From a bacterium (GTDB taxonomy: Bacteria; Patescibacteriota; Patescibacteriia; UBA1558; UBA10009), in assembly GCA_018672055.1 (NCBI GenBank), contig JABHGM010000001.1, positions 264,884-328,883 of the forward strand: a DNA stretch of 64,000 bases, written 5' to 3'. Shown here in pieces: positions 1 to 9,193 of this stretch. The notes under the pieces are model-generated. The model was not told the DNA's origin. It saw nothing but the letters and a program-made list of their open reading frames with translations, and did no database searches. The position numbers were made by a program, and so were the translations under genes. Numbering within the stretch: position 1 is the first letter of the stretch; the number at the start of each line of letters is the position of its first letter.

Positions 1-340
1 ATAATCCTAGAGGTAATGTGTTTAAATAGCTATCTATATTTAACTTATTTTCTATAAATATTTTATTTATTATTTGATTATCAGTTAAATCATTTAATTG
101 AATCTTTGATAAGTTTGTTTTTTGTAAATCATATTCTAAAGCAATTTGATAATCATCAATTAATAGATTTTTTAATTCATACTTTTCATTATAATATTCT
201 TTATATAATATATAGCCTACAAAAATAAGTAGAACTATTAAAAATATAATTAAAATAGGGTAGCCATATTTAGGCCATAGGTTTGAAGTTCTAGCTTTAA
301 GCTCACTTCTTAAAAAATTAGGATTTATTATTTCTGCCAT
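1..340 (-). CDS. hypothetical membrane protein, 5'-partial in window (N-terminus MAEIINPNFLRSELK..., one TM helix)
   Basis: Open frame on minus strand from ATG at 340 running off the window start; hydrophobic segment YPILIIFLIVLLIFVGYILY; not in ORF track because incomplete. Confidence 0.35.
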   Translation of the reverse strand, partial: MAEIINPNFLRSELKARTSNLWPKYGYPILIIFLIVLLIFVGYILYKEYYNEKYELKNLLIDDYQIALEYDLQKTNLSKIQLNDLTDNQIINKIFIENKLNIDSYLNTLPLGL

Positions 341-421
341 GTACTCCGTATTTTAACATATTATTTGATAATCATTAATAGCTGTGTTAATATAGGATTA
401 ATTGTTCAAAATGGAGAAAAT

Positions 422-610
422 ATGGAAAAAATATTTGGTTTATCTATTATTAAAGTAGCTAATATAGTTACTTCTACTAAGAGAGAAGTTATTGTAGATT
501 CTGGACCAGCATGTCCAAATCAAAACTTTCTTGATTTCGTGCTTGAAGGCGCTGATTTATTACATAATAGATGTGGTGATATATTTGGAAAGGCTATGAA
601 AGCTAAATAA
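422..610 (+). CDS. hypothetical small protein
   Basis: ORF 365..610; internal ATG at 422 preceded by GGAGAA RBS-like sequence; followed by two hairpin terminators (640-720). Confidence 0.35.
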   Translation: MEKIFGLSIIKVANIVTSTKREVIVDSGPACPNQNFLDFVLEGADLLHNRCGDIFGKAMKAK

Positions 611-726
611 TTTAATTTTCTATCTTTAGAAAGTTAAAGATTCACTCTACCCGATTGATTATTGATTAGGTAGAGTTTTTTATTTAAATAAAAAACCGAG
701 TCTTTAAATAAGACTCGGTATAGTAA

Positions 727-1089
727 TTAGCGTGAACTCAAATACCAAAAGAAATATAATACGAAAATCCATGATCCAACCATACATCCATGATATATTG
801 GTTTGAATTGTTTGTAACTTAAGGCTTTATCATAGTATCTAGTATTTTCTAACTTTTTAATTGGCATAAGAAAAATAATAGAATTACCTACTGATACATG
901 GTAAATTATTACTATAAATAAAGTTCCCATACCATATAATATTCCTTGTTCTGATAAATAAATACATATTATTGGAAATATTAAAACTACTAATGTTGTA
1001 AGGATGAATTTAGGAATGTTCCATTTTTTTTCTGACCAATCAAAATTAGTAAAAAGTTTTAATGATTTTGTTACCATTTTTACCTCCAT
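727..1089 (-). CDS. hypothetical membrane protein (3 predicted TM segments)
   Basis: ORF track; hydrophobic stretches; no recognisable motif. Confidence 0.45.
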   Translation of the reverse strand: MEVKMVTKSLKLFTNFDWSEKKWNIPKFILTTLVVLIFPIICIYLSEQGILYGMGTLFIVIIYHVSVGNSIIFLMPIKKLENTRYYDKALSYKQFKPIYHGCMVGSWIFVLYFFWYLSSR

Positions 1090-1164
1090 TTTTTGTCTAG
1101 GTGCGTTTATTATTTATATAACAGATTATCAAAAAAGGTTTTAAATGTCAATGTTTTATTTAAA

Positions 1165-1195
1165 TAAAAAAGCCGGGTATAATACCCGGCTTTTT
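1165..1195. terminator. bidirectional intrinsic terminator downstream of pnp
   Basis: AAAAAAGCCGGGTATAATACCCGGCTTTTT: perfect 8-bp GC-rich stem flanked by A-run and T-run. Confidence 0.75.
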
Positions 1196-1208
1196 ATATA
1201 TATCTTAT

Positions 1209-3455
1209 TTATCTTTTATTAAATGGTCTATTTCCACCTTGATTACCACCACGTCTATTATCATTACTACCATGAGGACGTCTTGGACCACGACTAGGTC
1301 TTCTTTCTTCAACGTAACCTTCTGGTTTAGGTATTAATTCTTTTCTAGATAATTCAATTCTATCTCTTTCTTTATCAACGCCCATTACTTTAACTTTAAC
1401 TGTGTCACCTACGTTTAAGTAATCAGTTACTTTGTTAACACGCTTCCAATCAATATTTGAGATATGAACCATACCATCTCTACCAGGTAATATTTCTACG
1501 ATAGCACCAATTTCATCACCATTGTTTTGGCCTTTAATTATTTGACTTACTGTACCTTCATATTCTTCATTAACCTCAATATCTTTAGTTATATCATTTA
1601 TTCTCTTTACAGCTTTTTCATTACCTTCTTTATCTGTAGCTGTAATGAATACTGAACCATCTTGTTCAATGTCTATTTCAACTTCAAATTCTTCAATCAT
1701 CTTATTAATTATCTTACCGCCAGGACCAATAATGTCTCTAATTTTATCTGGATCAATATGAAGTGTAGTAATTCTTGGAGCATGATCAGATAAATCTTTA
1801 CGTGCCTCAGGTAAAGCTTTGTCCATTGTTTCTAATATTTTAAGTCTAGCTTCCTTTGCTTTAATTAATGTTTCAGCACATACTTCTAAGGTAATACCAC
1901 TTAATTTAATATCAAGTTGTATAGCTGTAATACCATTTTTAGTACCAGCTACTTTAAAATCCATGTCAAAAGCATGATCTTCAATACCTTGAATATCTGA
2001 TAATATCTTATAATTATTCTTATCTTTAAGATCAGTTACGAGTCCCATAGCAATACCAGCTACAGGTGCTTTAATTGGTACACCAGCATCCATTAAGGAA
2101 AGACTAGAACCACAAATTGAAGCTTGTGAGGATGATCCATTAGAACTTAATACTTCAGAAACTACACGAACAGTATACGGAAAGTCTTCTTGACTAGGTA
2201 GAACAGGAATTAAAGCTTTTTCAGCTAAGGCACCATGACCAATATCACGTCTTGAAGGACCTCTATTTGGTCTTACTTCACCTACAGAAAAAGCAGGGAA
2301 GTTATAGTGATGCATGTAACGTTTCTTACCTTCTTCTTCCATACCATCTAAATGTTGTTCTGCGCCAGGACCACCTAAAGTAACTACAGATAATACTTGA
2401 GTTTGACCTCTGGAAAATAATCCAGAACCATGAACTCTAGGTAAAATACCTACTTCTGATGTTAGATCTCTTATCTCATCAATCTTTCTACCATCAACAC
2501 GTATATCTTGAGTCATAACCATTTTACGAGCAGCTTCATTTAGATATTCATCTATCATAGAAACACCTTTAGCTCTTTGTTCTTTAGATACTTCATTATC
2601 TTCTTTTAAGATGTCACTAACTTCAGATTCTAAGTTAGCAATATTAGTTTTAGTTTCATCTTTATTATTATTAAAGACATCATTTACTTTATGTAGTATA
2701 TGACCTTCTACTTTTTTACGAATAGCTGCTAACTCTTCTTTATCATCTTCATTTTCTGATGTCTTTTCTTGACCTATTTTCTTTTGTATATCACCAATTA
2801 ATTTAACAATATCTTTTAAATTTTTGTGTCCAAGATTTAAAGCTTCAGTAGCTGTTTTTTCATCTATTTCTTTACCACTAAGCTCAACCATGACTACCTC
2901 ATCTTTATTACCTGTTAAAAATAGATCAAAATCAGAATTTTCACGTTCTTCGTAATTACTATTTAAAACTAATTTACCATCAACTTGGCCAACACGAATA
3001 GCAGCCACAGGACCATTCCAAGGAATAGATGAAATTGATAGGGCAGTTGAAGCTGCAATTAAAGCAGGTACATCTGGATCATTTTCATTATCAACAGATA
3101 GTACAGTAATTACTACTTGCACATCTTTACGTTCAGCTTCTTTAAAAAGAGGCCTAATTGAACGATCAATAACTCTAGCTGTTAAAACAGCTTCGTCAGT
3201 AGCTCTACCTTCGCGTTTAACCCATCTAGAACCTTTAATCTTTCCAGCTGCGTAAAGCTTTTCTTCGTAATCAACCATAAGAGGAAAGTAATCAATACCT
3301 TCTCTTGGTGTTCTGCCTGTAACAGCAGTTGCTAAAACAACGGTTTCTCCGTACTGAACAGTACAAGAACCGTGTGCTTGTTCGGCTAACTTGCCGATTT
3401 GAATTTTGAGAGGCTTACCAGCATACTCTAATTCAAAATCATGAATTTTTTTCAT
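1209..3455 (-). CDS. pnp: polynucleotide phosphorylase (PNPase), with Arg/Gly-rich C-terminal tail
   Basis: 748 aa; two RNase PH-like domains, KH and S1 domains recognisable (e.g. GPSRRDIGHGALAEKAL, S1 region GTVSQIIKG...GMVHISNI); synteny with rpsO upstream. Confidence 0.95.
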   Translation of the reverse strand: MKKIHDFELEYAGKPLKIQIGKLAEQAHGSCTVQYGETVVLATAVTGRTPREGIDYFPLMVDYEEKLYAAGKIKGSRWVKREGRATDEAVLTARVIDRSIRPLFKEAERKDVQVVITVLSVDNENDPDVPALIAASTALSISSIPWNGPVAAIRVGQVDGKLVLNSNYEERENSDFDLFLTGNKDEVVMVELSGKEIDEKTATEALNLGHKNLKDIVKLIGDIQKKIGQEKTSENEDDKEELAAIRKKVEGHILHKVNDVFNNNKDETKTNIANLESEVSDILKEDNEVSKEQRAKGVSMIDEYLNEAARKMVMTQDIRVDGRKIDEIRDLTSEVGILPRVHGSGLFSRGQTQVLSVVTLGGPGAEQHLDGMEEEGKKRYMHHYNFPAFSVGEVRPNRGPSRRDIGHGALAEKALIPVLPSQEDFPYTVRVVSEVLSSNGSSSQASICGSSLSLMDAGVPIKAPVAGIAMGLVTDLKDKNNYKILSDIQGIEDHAFDMDFKVAGTKNGITAIQLDIKLSGITLEVCAETLIKAKEARLKILETMDKALPEARKDLSDHAPRITTLHIDPDKIRDIIGPGGKIINKMIEEFEVEIDIEQDGSVFITATDKEGNEKAVKRINDITKDIEVNEEYEGTVSQIIKGQNNGDEIGAIVEILPGRDGMVHISNIDWKRVNKVTDYLNVGDTVKVKVMGVDKERDRIELSRKELIPKPEGYVEERRPSRGPRRPHGSNDNRRGGNQGGNRPFNKR

Positions 3456-3546
3456 ATTATTTTTCTTTCTTATTAAGCTGGTAATCAGATTACAGACCGT
3501 TCTATTAGAATAGTCTATCTATCTAACTACCAACTAATTAATTAAT

Positions 3547-4047
3547 TTATTTTATCTTCATTAAATATCTTTTCTTATCACGTGATAGATCAGTAAAGTC
3601 ATCACATATTTCAAGTAAGTTATGTGAAGAGCTTTCTTTAAAAGCAATTACTTCTACTTGTATTCCATTATTTTGTAAATATTCAACAAGTGGTACATAA
3701 TCACCATCACCTGATACTATAACTACGACATCAAGCTTAGATGACATTTTAATTGTATCCATAGCAAGACCTACATCCCAATCAGCTTTTTTAGCACCGC
3801 CAGCAAAGATTTGTAAATCTTTGGTTTTAATTTTAAAACCAGATTTTTCTAAGGCTCCAAAAAACATAGCTTCATCTTTATTTGGTGAAGTTATGACATA
3901 GGCCATAGCATTAACTAGTTTTCTGCCGGATACTGATTGTTTTAGTACTTCTTTAAAGTTCACTCTAGAATTATATATATTCTTAGCAGAGTGATACATG
4001 TTTTGCACATCAACGAATACGCCAATGCGCTGTTCTGGATGCTTCAT
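3547..4047 (-). CDS. NYN-domain (LabA-like, PIN-like fold) protein
   Basis: 166 aa; N-terminal IGVFVDVQNMYHS and VVIVSGDGDY acidic motifs typical of NYN/LabA domains. Confidence 0.75.
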   Translation of the reverse strand: MKHPEQRIGVFVDVQNMYHSAKNIYNSRVNFKEVLKQSVSGRKLVNAMAYVITSPNKDEAMFFGALEKSGFKIKTKDLQIFAGGAKKADWDVGLAMDTIKMSSKLDVVVIVSGDGDYVPLVEYLQNNGIQVEVIAFKESSSHNLLEICDDFTDLSRDKKRYLMKIK

Positions 4048-4048
4048 A

Positions 4049-4417
4049 TTATTTTTTTCCTTTCTTTTCTAATTCTTTTTCTTTGATTACTTTAGCTACT
4101 TCTGATAACTCTTCGTAAACTCTTTTTTTGATCTTAAGTTTTAATTTCTTAGCTAAAGTTTCAAAACTCTTTTCATTTTCTCTCTCTAGATAACGCAAAA
4201 GCTTCCTTCTTAGGGAAACCTTTCTAATTAAACCACGACGAGATGAATAATCTTTTTTGTGGTCTTTTAAATGCTCTGTTAATTCTTTAATTTCAGCAGT
4301 TAATATGGCAATCTGAATTTCGGGACTACCAGTATCATTAGCATGAGTCTTAAATTTTTTAATTATTGCTTGTTTCTTTTTTTTGTCTAACATAGTGTTT
4401 TCCTTATCGATATCCAA
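4049..4417 (-). CDS. rpsO: 30S ribosomal protein S15 with Lys-rich N- and C-terminal extensions
   Basis: Core [53 protein letters not shown] matches the S15 consensus; classic rpsO-pnp neighbourhood. Confidence 0.9.
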   Translation of the reverse strand: MDIDKENTMLDKKKKQAIIKKFKTHANDTGSPEIQIAILTAEIKELTEHLKDHKKDYSSRRGLIRKVSLRRKLLRYLERENEKSFETLAKKLKLKIKKRVYEELSEVAKVIKEKELEKKGKK

Positions 4418-4564
4418 GTGAAGCTTAAGTTAGACTTATATGCTTTAACCGAGATATCGCTTATTAATTAGTATATATTAAAATAGCAAATATATTTACT
4501 TTTGTCAAGGTCTATTGAGTATAAAAAAAGAGCAGAGGATATCTGCTCTATATTAAGTTGATAT

Positions 4565-4870
4565 TTATGCGACTATTTTTTTTAGTCGGAAGTCCTGCAT
4601 ATGTCTAGAATAACCACTATCTGGGAAATGAACAATGACAAGCCAATTATTAAAATCATTATGATAATTTTGAGTAACTACTCCTTTTTTACCTTTAGAG
4701 CAGAAATCATATCGAGGATCAGCTTTTAGATCTTCAAGATCAACAGCAACTTCAATTTGGTCATTAATAAAGACATACAAACCATTACAGTCAATCCCTA
4801 TAGCTTTTTTTTGGTTTCTGGGATCATATTCATGTCGATTTGATTCATTTACAGTAAATGTATCATTCAT
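4565..4870 (-). CDS. hypothetical protein
   Basis: ORF track, 101 aa; own terminator hairpin at 4527-4551. Confidence 0.45.
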   Translation of the reverse strand: MNDTFTVNESNRHEYDPRNQKKAIGIDCNGLYVFINDQIEVAVDLEDLKADPRYDFCSKGKKGVVTQNYHNDFNNWLVIVHFPDSGYSRHMQDFRLKKIVA

Positions 4871-4962
4871 CTCTTTTCCCTCCTTATTTTTTTAGATTAT
4901 ATATAATTTAAATTTAAAGTCAAGGTATAATTATTTCACGACACTTGTGATATAATATATAT

Positions 4963-5667
4963 ATGCCAAATAGAGTAACAATTAATTTAGTCTTAAGAAA
5001 ATATATAGAAAGTTTAGAAGCACGTGATATGAATGAAAAGACTATTAGTAATTATTCATATTATTTGAATAGGTTTTTTAAATATTCAAATATTACTAAA
5101 CCTATTGATATATCCGAAGAAAAAGTAAAACTATTTAAAACATACTTACTTAAATTAAAAAAGAATAAAACTACTATTAATTATCATTTAATAGCTATAA
5201 GATCATATTTAAAGTATATGAGATTAAATAAGAAGGAAGTATTAAATTTTAAAAAAGTAAAATTATTTAAAACAACTTTTAAATTACAAACTACTACTAA
5301 AATAAAGATTGATAAATTATTAGAGGCACCAAGTAAAATACAAGCAAGTAAGATAATTAAATTAAGAGATAGAGCTATACTTGAAATAATAATTGAGAAA
5401 GGCTATAAAGTATCAAAGATAGCTAAATTAGATAGAAAGAATTTATTAAAGTTTTCAAAGCAATCAAAATATTATTTAAATAAATATTTAGCTTTAAGAA
5501 CTGATGATGCTCCATATTTATTTATAGGGCATGATAGAGCATTAAAAAAAAGAGAAAAGATTAAAGCGTTAAGTCCAAGATCAATACAACGCTTAGTAGA
5601 AAAATATGTTAAAGTCAGCGGTTTAAAAGATATAACACCAGAGACACTCAGACATATAAAAGGTTGA
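4963..5667 (+). CDS. tyrosine recombinase (XerC/XerD-like), C-terminally truncated before the catalytic Tyr; possibly inactive
   Basis: N-terminal SAM-like core-binding region (ISNYSYYLNRFFKY...INYHLIAIRSYLKY), box I Arg (LRDRAILEII) and box II ETLRHIKG present, but ORF stops about 35 aa short of the normal Tyr-containing end, 40 nt before tRNA-Arg. Confidence 0.5.
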   Translation: MPNRVTINLVLRKYIESLEARDMNEKTISNYSYYLNRFFKYSNITKPIDISEEKVKLFKTYLLKLKKNKTTINYHLIAIRSYLKYMRLNKKEVLNFKKVKLFKTTFKLQTTTKIKIDKLLEAPSKIQASKIIKLRDRAILEIIIEKGYKVSKIAKLDRKNLLKFSKQSKYYLNKYLALRTDDAPYLFIGHDRALKKREKIKALSPRSIQRLVEKYVKVSGLKDITPETLRHIKG

Positions 5668-5707
5668 CTTTTAAAGCTAAAAATGCTAATATATGGCGAG
5701 TTATTAT

Positions 5708-5782
5708 GCCCCGGTAGTTCAACGGATAGAACAACGGCCTTCTAAGCCGTGGATCTAGGTTCGATTCCTAGCCGGGGTACCA
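5708..5782 (+). tRNA. tRNA-Arg (anticodon TCT)
   Basis: Cloverleaf read by eye: acceptor GCCCCGG/CCGGGGT, D-arm AGTTCAACGGATAGAAC, anticodon loop CTTCTAA, T-arm GGTTCGATTCC, encoded CCA. Confidence 0.85.
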
Positions 5783-5783
5783 T

Positions 5784-5858
5784 GGTGCCTATGGTGTAGC
5801 GGTAACACACGGGTTTGTGGTACCTGTATCGAGGGTTCAACTCCCTCTAGGCACCCCA
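5784..5858 (+). tRNA. tRNA-His (anticodon GTG) with G-1 and encoded CCA
   Basis: Extra 5' G paired to discriminator C; anticodon loop TTGTGGT; T-arm GAGGGTTCAACTCCCTC; 3' end ...TAGGCACCCCA. Confidence 0.85.
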
Positions 5859-7421
5859 TAAGGAAAGAATAGGACTAAAATCTCTATTCTTTCTTTTATT
5901 TACGGGGTAAAATGACGGTTCTAACCTTTCCATCTGCTTTTCTATCTTTTTTTGATGGTTAGAAATGGGAACTAGCCATTCCATTGGTTTTATTTTGAGT
6001 TCACCATTAGTTAAAGTATAGCTTTGACCAAGGGTTGAAAATATATTTCGTTTAGTTTTTATGTCTCCGTTAATGAAAGATTTTTCTGCAGTAGCTACAA
6101 AATCAAAAGCTTCTTCCATTATATCGTTCCAATTTATAGCTCTATCTTGATTCTGAGATAGTTTTTGTTTTATTTCTGCAATTTCATTTTTTAATTTAGT
6201 TCTTTCGTGCATAAACTCTTCATCAGTTAATAAATCTTTTAATCTAAGTTTAGTAAGGTTGTCTGATTGAAGTTCTAGGCTTTTATATTTCTTCTTTAAA
6301 TTTGAATAAAGTTTATCTGTTATCTTAGTTTCATTTTTATGGTTTTCTGCTAATACTTCCAAAGCTAGTTTAGTAAAACCTGAAGGGATAGTATATTTTT
6401 TTAATTCATTGGTAATTTGTTTTTCTAAATCTTCTATACGAATTGGTTTTTCGTGACAATGAGAATCCTTTTTTCTTCTAGTACAACGATAGTATGTATA
6501 ATGTGCAGTTTTGTTGGTACTAACAATATGTTTATTTTTTGTTTCAGCAGTAATTGAACAACCACAATGACCACATTTTATTATTCCTGTGAAAGCAAAA
6601 TTATGTTTTTGAGGTTTTGGTTTGTTTCTATATCCTAATATTTCTTGTATTTTATTAAATTCATCTATGGTTATCATTGGTTCGTGTATTCCAACATACT
6701 CTTTTCCTTGATAGGTGATAGTCCCTGTATAGAATTTATTTGAGAATATTCTATAAAGACTACTCATTGCTAATGGTTTATTACCACTACGTTTGCTGAC
6801 AGGAGTTTTAAAATGATATTTTTTATTTATGATTGAAAGTATCTTAGGAACATTATGTTTTTCATTAAGCATTAAATTCCAAGCTTCTCTTATAATATTA
6901 AATCTTTCAGGGTCTTTTATAATAGTTTTATTAACTTTGTCATTTAAGTATCCAACTGGAGCTTTAGATATATATCCACCCTTTTCTACTTTTCCTTTAA
7001 GACCTCTTAAAGTATTCTTTCTAAGGTCGAGAATAAATTGGTTTGCCATGCCACTTTCTACACTGAACATCAATACATTATCTTCAGGCTTATATTCTTT
7101 GTCTATTGTTTGAATTGACTTAATAATTCCTTCTTGAAGTAACCATTGTATTCGGGCACTGTCTACAGGATTACGAGAAAGTCTATTAATTTGCCAACAT
7201 AAAATACCATCAGCTTTTCCAGACTCTATTGCTTCTATCATTTTATTGAATATAGGTCTATCATTAGGTTTTTTGGCTGATTTTGACTCTGTAAAGACTT
7301 TTATGACATTAATACCTAAATCATCAGCTAATCGTTTTAGATTACTGATTTGGTCATCAATGGACTGTATTTGTCTATCTTCACTTTCTTGAGATTTTCT
7401 TGCGTATAGATAGTAATTCAT
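5847..7421 (-). CDS. large serine recombinase (integrase), resolvase catalytic domain + recombinase domain + zinc ribbon/coiled coil
   Basis: 524 aa; N-term YLYARKSQESEDRQ...DGILCWQINRLSRN (resolvase/invertase catalytic core), central recombinase domain, CGHCGCS...YYRCTRRKKDSHCHEKP zinc ribbon; stop codon lies 12 nt inside the 3' end of tRNA-His. Confidence 0.9.
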   Translation of the reverse strand: MNYYLYARKSQESEDRQIQSIDDQISNLKRLADDLGINVIKVFTESKSAKKPNDRPIFNKMIEAIESGKADGILCWQINRLSRNPVDSARIQWLLQEGIIKSIQTIDKEYKPEDNVLMFSVESGMANQFILDLRKNTLRGLKGKVEKGGYISKAPVGYLNDKVNKTIIKDPERFNIIREAWNLMLNEKHNVPKILSIINKKYHFKTPVSKRSGNKPLAMSSLYRIFSNKFYTGTITYQGKEYVGIHEPMITIDEFNKIQEILGYRNKPKPQKHNFAFTGIIKCGHCGCSITAETKNKHIVSTNKTAHYTYYRCTRRKKDSHCHEKPIRIEDLEKQITNELKKYTIPSGFTKLALEVLAENHKNETKITDKLYSNLKKKYKSLELQSDNLTKLRLKDLLTDEEFMHERTKLKNEIAEIKQKLSQNQDRAINWNDIMEEAFDFVATAEKSFINGDIKTKRNIFSTLGQSYTLTNGELKIKPMEWLVPISNHQKKIEKQMERLEPSFYPVNKRKNRDFSPILSLWGA

Positions 7422-7423
7422 TT

Positions 7424-7750
7424 TTAAAAAAATATTATTTTAATAATCCAGACACACAAACCTAAAATACCAATTACAATAGCTGGGGTTCCCCAAACTA
7501 AATTTGCACTTGTTTGCATATCTAATGCTTTTTCTTGTGTTTTCTTTGTAGCTATGACTGGGACTATAAATAAAATATCAATTAATAATCCAAAACATGC
7601 ACCAAACAATGCAAAGCTTAAAATATTTTTATTTAAAGCTAATCCCCAAATGCCTATTGAGATTGTCCAATAAATTATAAAAGTAAAACCAACAGTAATT
7701 GCCATAGTTATTGCTTGGCTTCTTGTTATTAGTGTTTGATTTGTTTTCAT
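7424..7750 (-). CDS. small membrane protein (3 TM), co-oriented immediately upstream of the recombinase
   Basis: ORF track 108 aa; hydrophobic; 2-nt gap to recombinase start. Confidence 0.45.
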   Translation of the reverse strand: MKTNQTLITRSQAITMAITVGFTFIIYWTISIGIWGLALNKNILSFALFGACFGLLIDILFIVPVIATKKTQEKALDMQTSANLVWGTPAIVIGILGLCVWIIKIIFF

Positions 7751-7756
7751 ATGATA

Positions 7757-7906
7757 TTAATTAATTAATTTATTTAAGTCTTCTTCTTTTATCCTCCATT
7801 GCCCAATTTTAGTAGCTTTTAATTTACCGCTTTTAATATATCTATAAACAGATTTTTCAGATACTTTAAGTATTTTTGCTACTTCTTGTAATGTATATAA
7901 TTTCAT
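7757..7906 (-). CDS. excisionase-family / MerR-like HTH DNA-binding protein (candidate recombination directionality factor)
   Basis: Unlisted 48-aa ORF translated by hand: MKLYTLQEVAKILKVSEKSVYRYIKSGKLKATKIGQWRIKEEDLNKLIN; matches the excisionase-family HTH pattern (T..EVA..L.VS..TVYR.I..G.L.A.KIG..WRI...DL). Confidence 0.6.
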   Translation of the reverse strand: MKLYTLQEVAKILKVSEKSVYRYIKSGKLKATKIGQWRIKEEDLNKLIN

Positions 7907-7910
7907 GTTT

Positions 7911-8114
7911 CTATTTTTTTTTATCGGGTTTAACCCAAAAATAAATTAATAATATTCCTAAAAATATCCACCAGGTTATTTGAGCTAATTCTACTCTTGA
8001 TTCATACTCTGGTCTTTGCAAGCATCCTATCATTACTATTATAAAGATAAAAAACCAGGCTTTAAGGAGCCAACCAATTATTATTGCAAAAAATTTTCTA
8101 TCTATTTTTTTCAT
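7911..8114 (-). CDS. small membrane protein
   Basis: ORF track 67 aa; two hydrophobic helices. Confidence 0.4.
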   Translation of the reverse strand: MKKIDRKFFAIIIGWLLKAWFFIFIIVMIGCLQRPEYESRVELAQITWWIFLGILLIYFWVKPDKKK

Positions 8115-8158
8115 AAATTACTATTTTAGTATTTCATGCATGTCCAGTTTTGTCCAGT

Positions 8159-8482
8159 CTAGTTATCCACCTTCTTTAAGACTGAATATTTAGAAGCTTG
8201 TTTAAGTAAGGGACGCAAAATTATATATTTTGGAATGGAATAATAATCATTTACATTTACTAGTTTGAAAGCTGAATATACTTCATTTTTACAAAACGCC
8301 AAATTTAATTCCTCTAAGCAAACAATTATTGAATTTAATAATACTAAATCACTCCAACCTTTATATAGTTTTCTTTTTCTAAGTATATTGAATATTCTCC
8401 TAATACGGTATCTCTTTTTTCTAAACTTCTTTAAATCTTTTTTTAAGTATTCAAGTATACTTTCTATTTTTAACTCTAACAT
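8159..8482 (-). CDS. hypothetical basic protein
   Basis: ORF track 107 aa; Lys/Arg-rich N-terminus; direct-repeat motifs upstream (8517-8580). Confidence 0.4.
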   Translation of the reverse strand: MLELKIESILEYLKKDLKKFRKKRYRIRRIFNILRKRKLYKGWSDLVLLNSIIVCLEELNLAFCKNEVYSAFKLVNVNDYYSIPKYIILRPLLKQASKYSVLKKVDN

Positions 8483-8584
8483 ATGTTACTTTATTATTAT
8501 TATTTGTTATTAGATGATATAGGAATAAACTATATAGTTACATACATACATGTGACACTATATAGTAACCTAGTTACATATAGG

Positions 8585-8950
8585 CTAGAAAGGAATACTT
8601 TCTTCTTCTGTTTCATTATTTTCAATTTGGAATTTATTCTTATAATATTCTTTAGTAACCTTTTCGTATTCTTCAACAATTCTTTTTTGTAGTTGTTTCC
8701 ATATACCTTCATCATCTATTACTACTTGGGGTCTCCATTTACCATAAGCATATACGCATGGGGGAGTAATCCAGTATTTACTTCCATCTTCTGTTGGCTT
8801 GTCTAAACGAATTACACGATATCCCTTCAGTATGAGCTTTTTATAGGTACATATGACTCGAGCTAGCACCTTGCCCTCTTCCTTGATTTCTACGCCAATT
8901 TTGAATTGATTTATATCAATATTGGTGATGTTATTTTCTTCTTGCTTCAT
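8585..8950 (-). CDS. hypothetical protein
   Basis: ORF track 121 aa. Confidence 0.45.
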   Translation of the reverse strand: MKQEENNITNIDINQFKIGVEIKEEGKVLARVICTYKKLILKGYRVIRLDKPTEDGSKYWITPPCVYAYGKWRPQVVIDDEGIWKQLQKRIVEEYEKVTKEYYKNKFQIENNETEEESIPF

Positions 8951-9193
8951 TGTTTCTTTGATTAGTTTTTAAATTATGATAAATTATTGTTTCTATAAAC
9001 AAAATAAGTTGGTTTAAAGCATCACTTGCATCATCATAGCTAGGTTCATATCCAAAGTATGTTGAATGGAGTTTTTGGTATCCTTTAATTTGTTTTTCTG
9101 TTAGCATATTTTCATATTAACAAAAATAAAAAAGATTACGGGCGTAATCTTGTTAGTTCATACTATCTATGTATTATTTCATATTATTTCATA

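Noticed and set aside
6829-7113. 94-aa + strand ORF
   Set aside because: It lies entirely antisense within the serine recombinase gene. It is hydrophobic and low-complexity, typical of an antisense frame in AT-rich DNA.
8265-8715. Three overlapping ORFs (8265..8513 +, 8483..8692 +, 8530..8715 -)
   Set aside because: They are low-complexity Phe/Leu/Ile-rich translations of AT-rich intergenic or antisense sequence that overlap better-supported minus-strand genes. No start or RBS context supports them.
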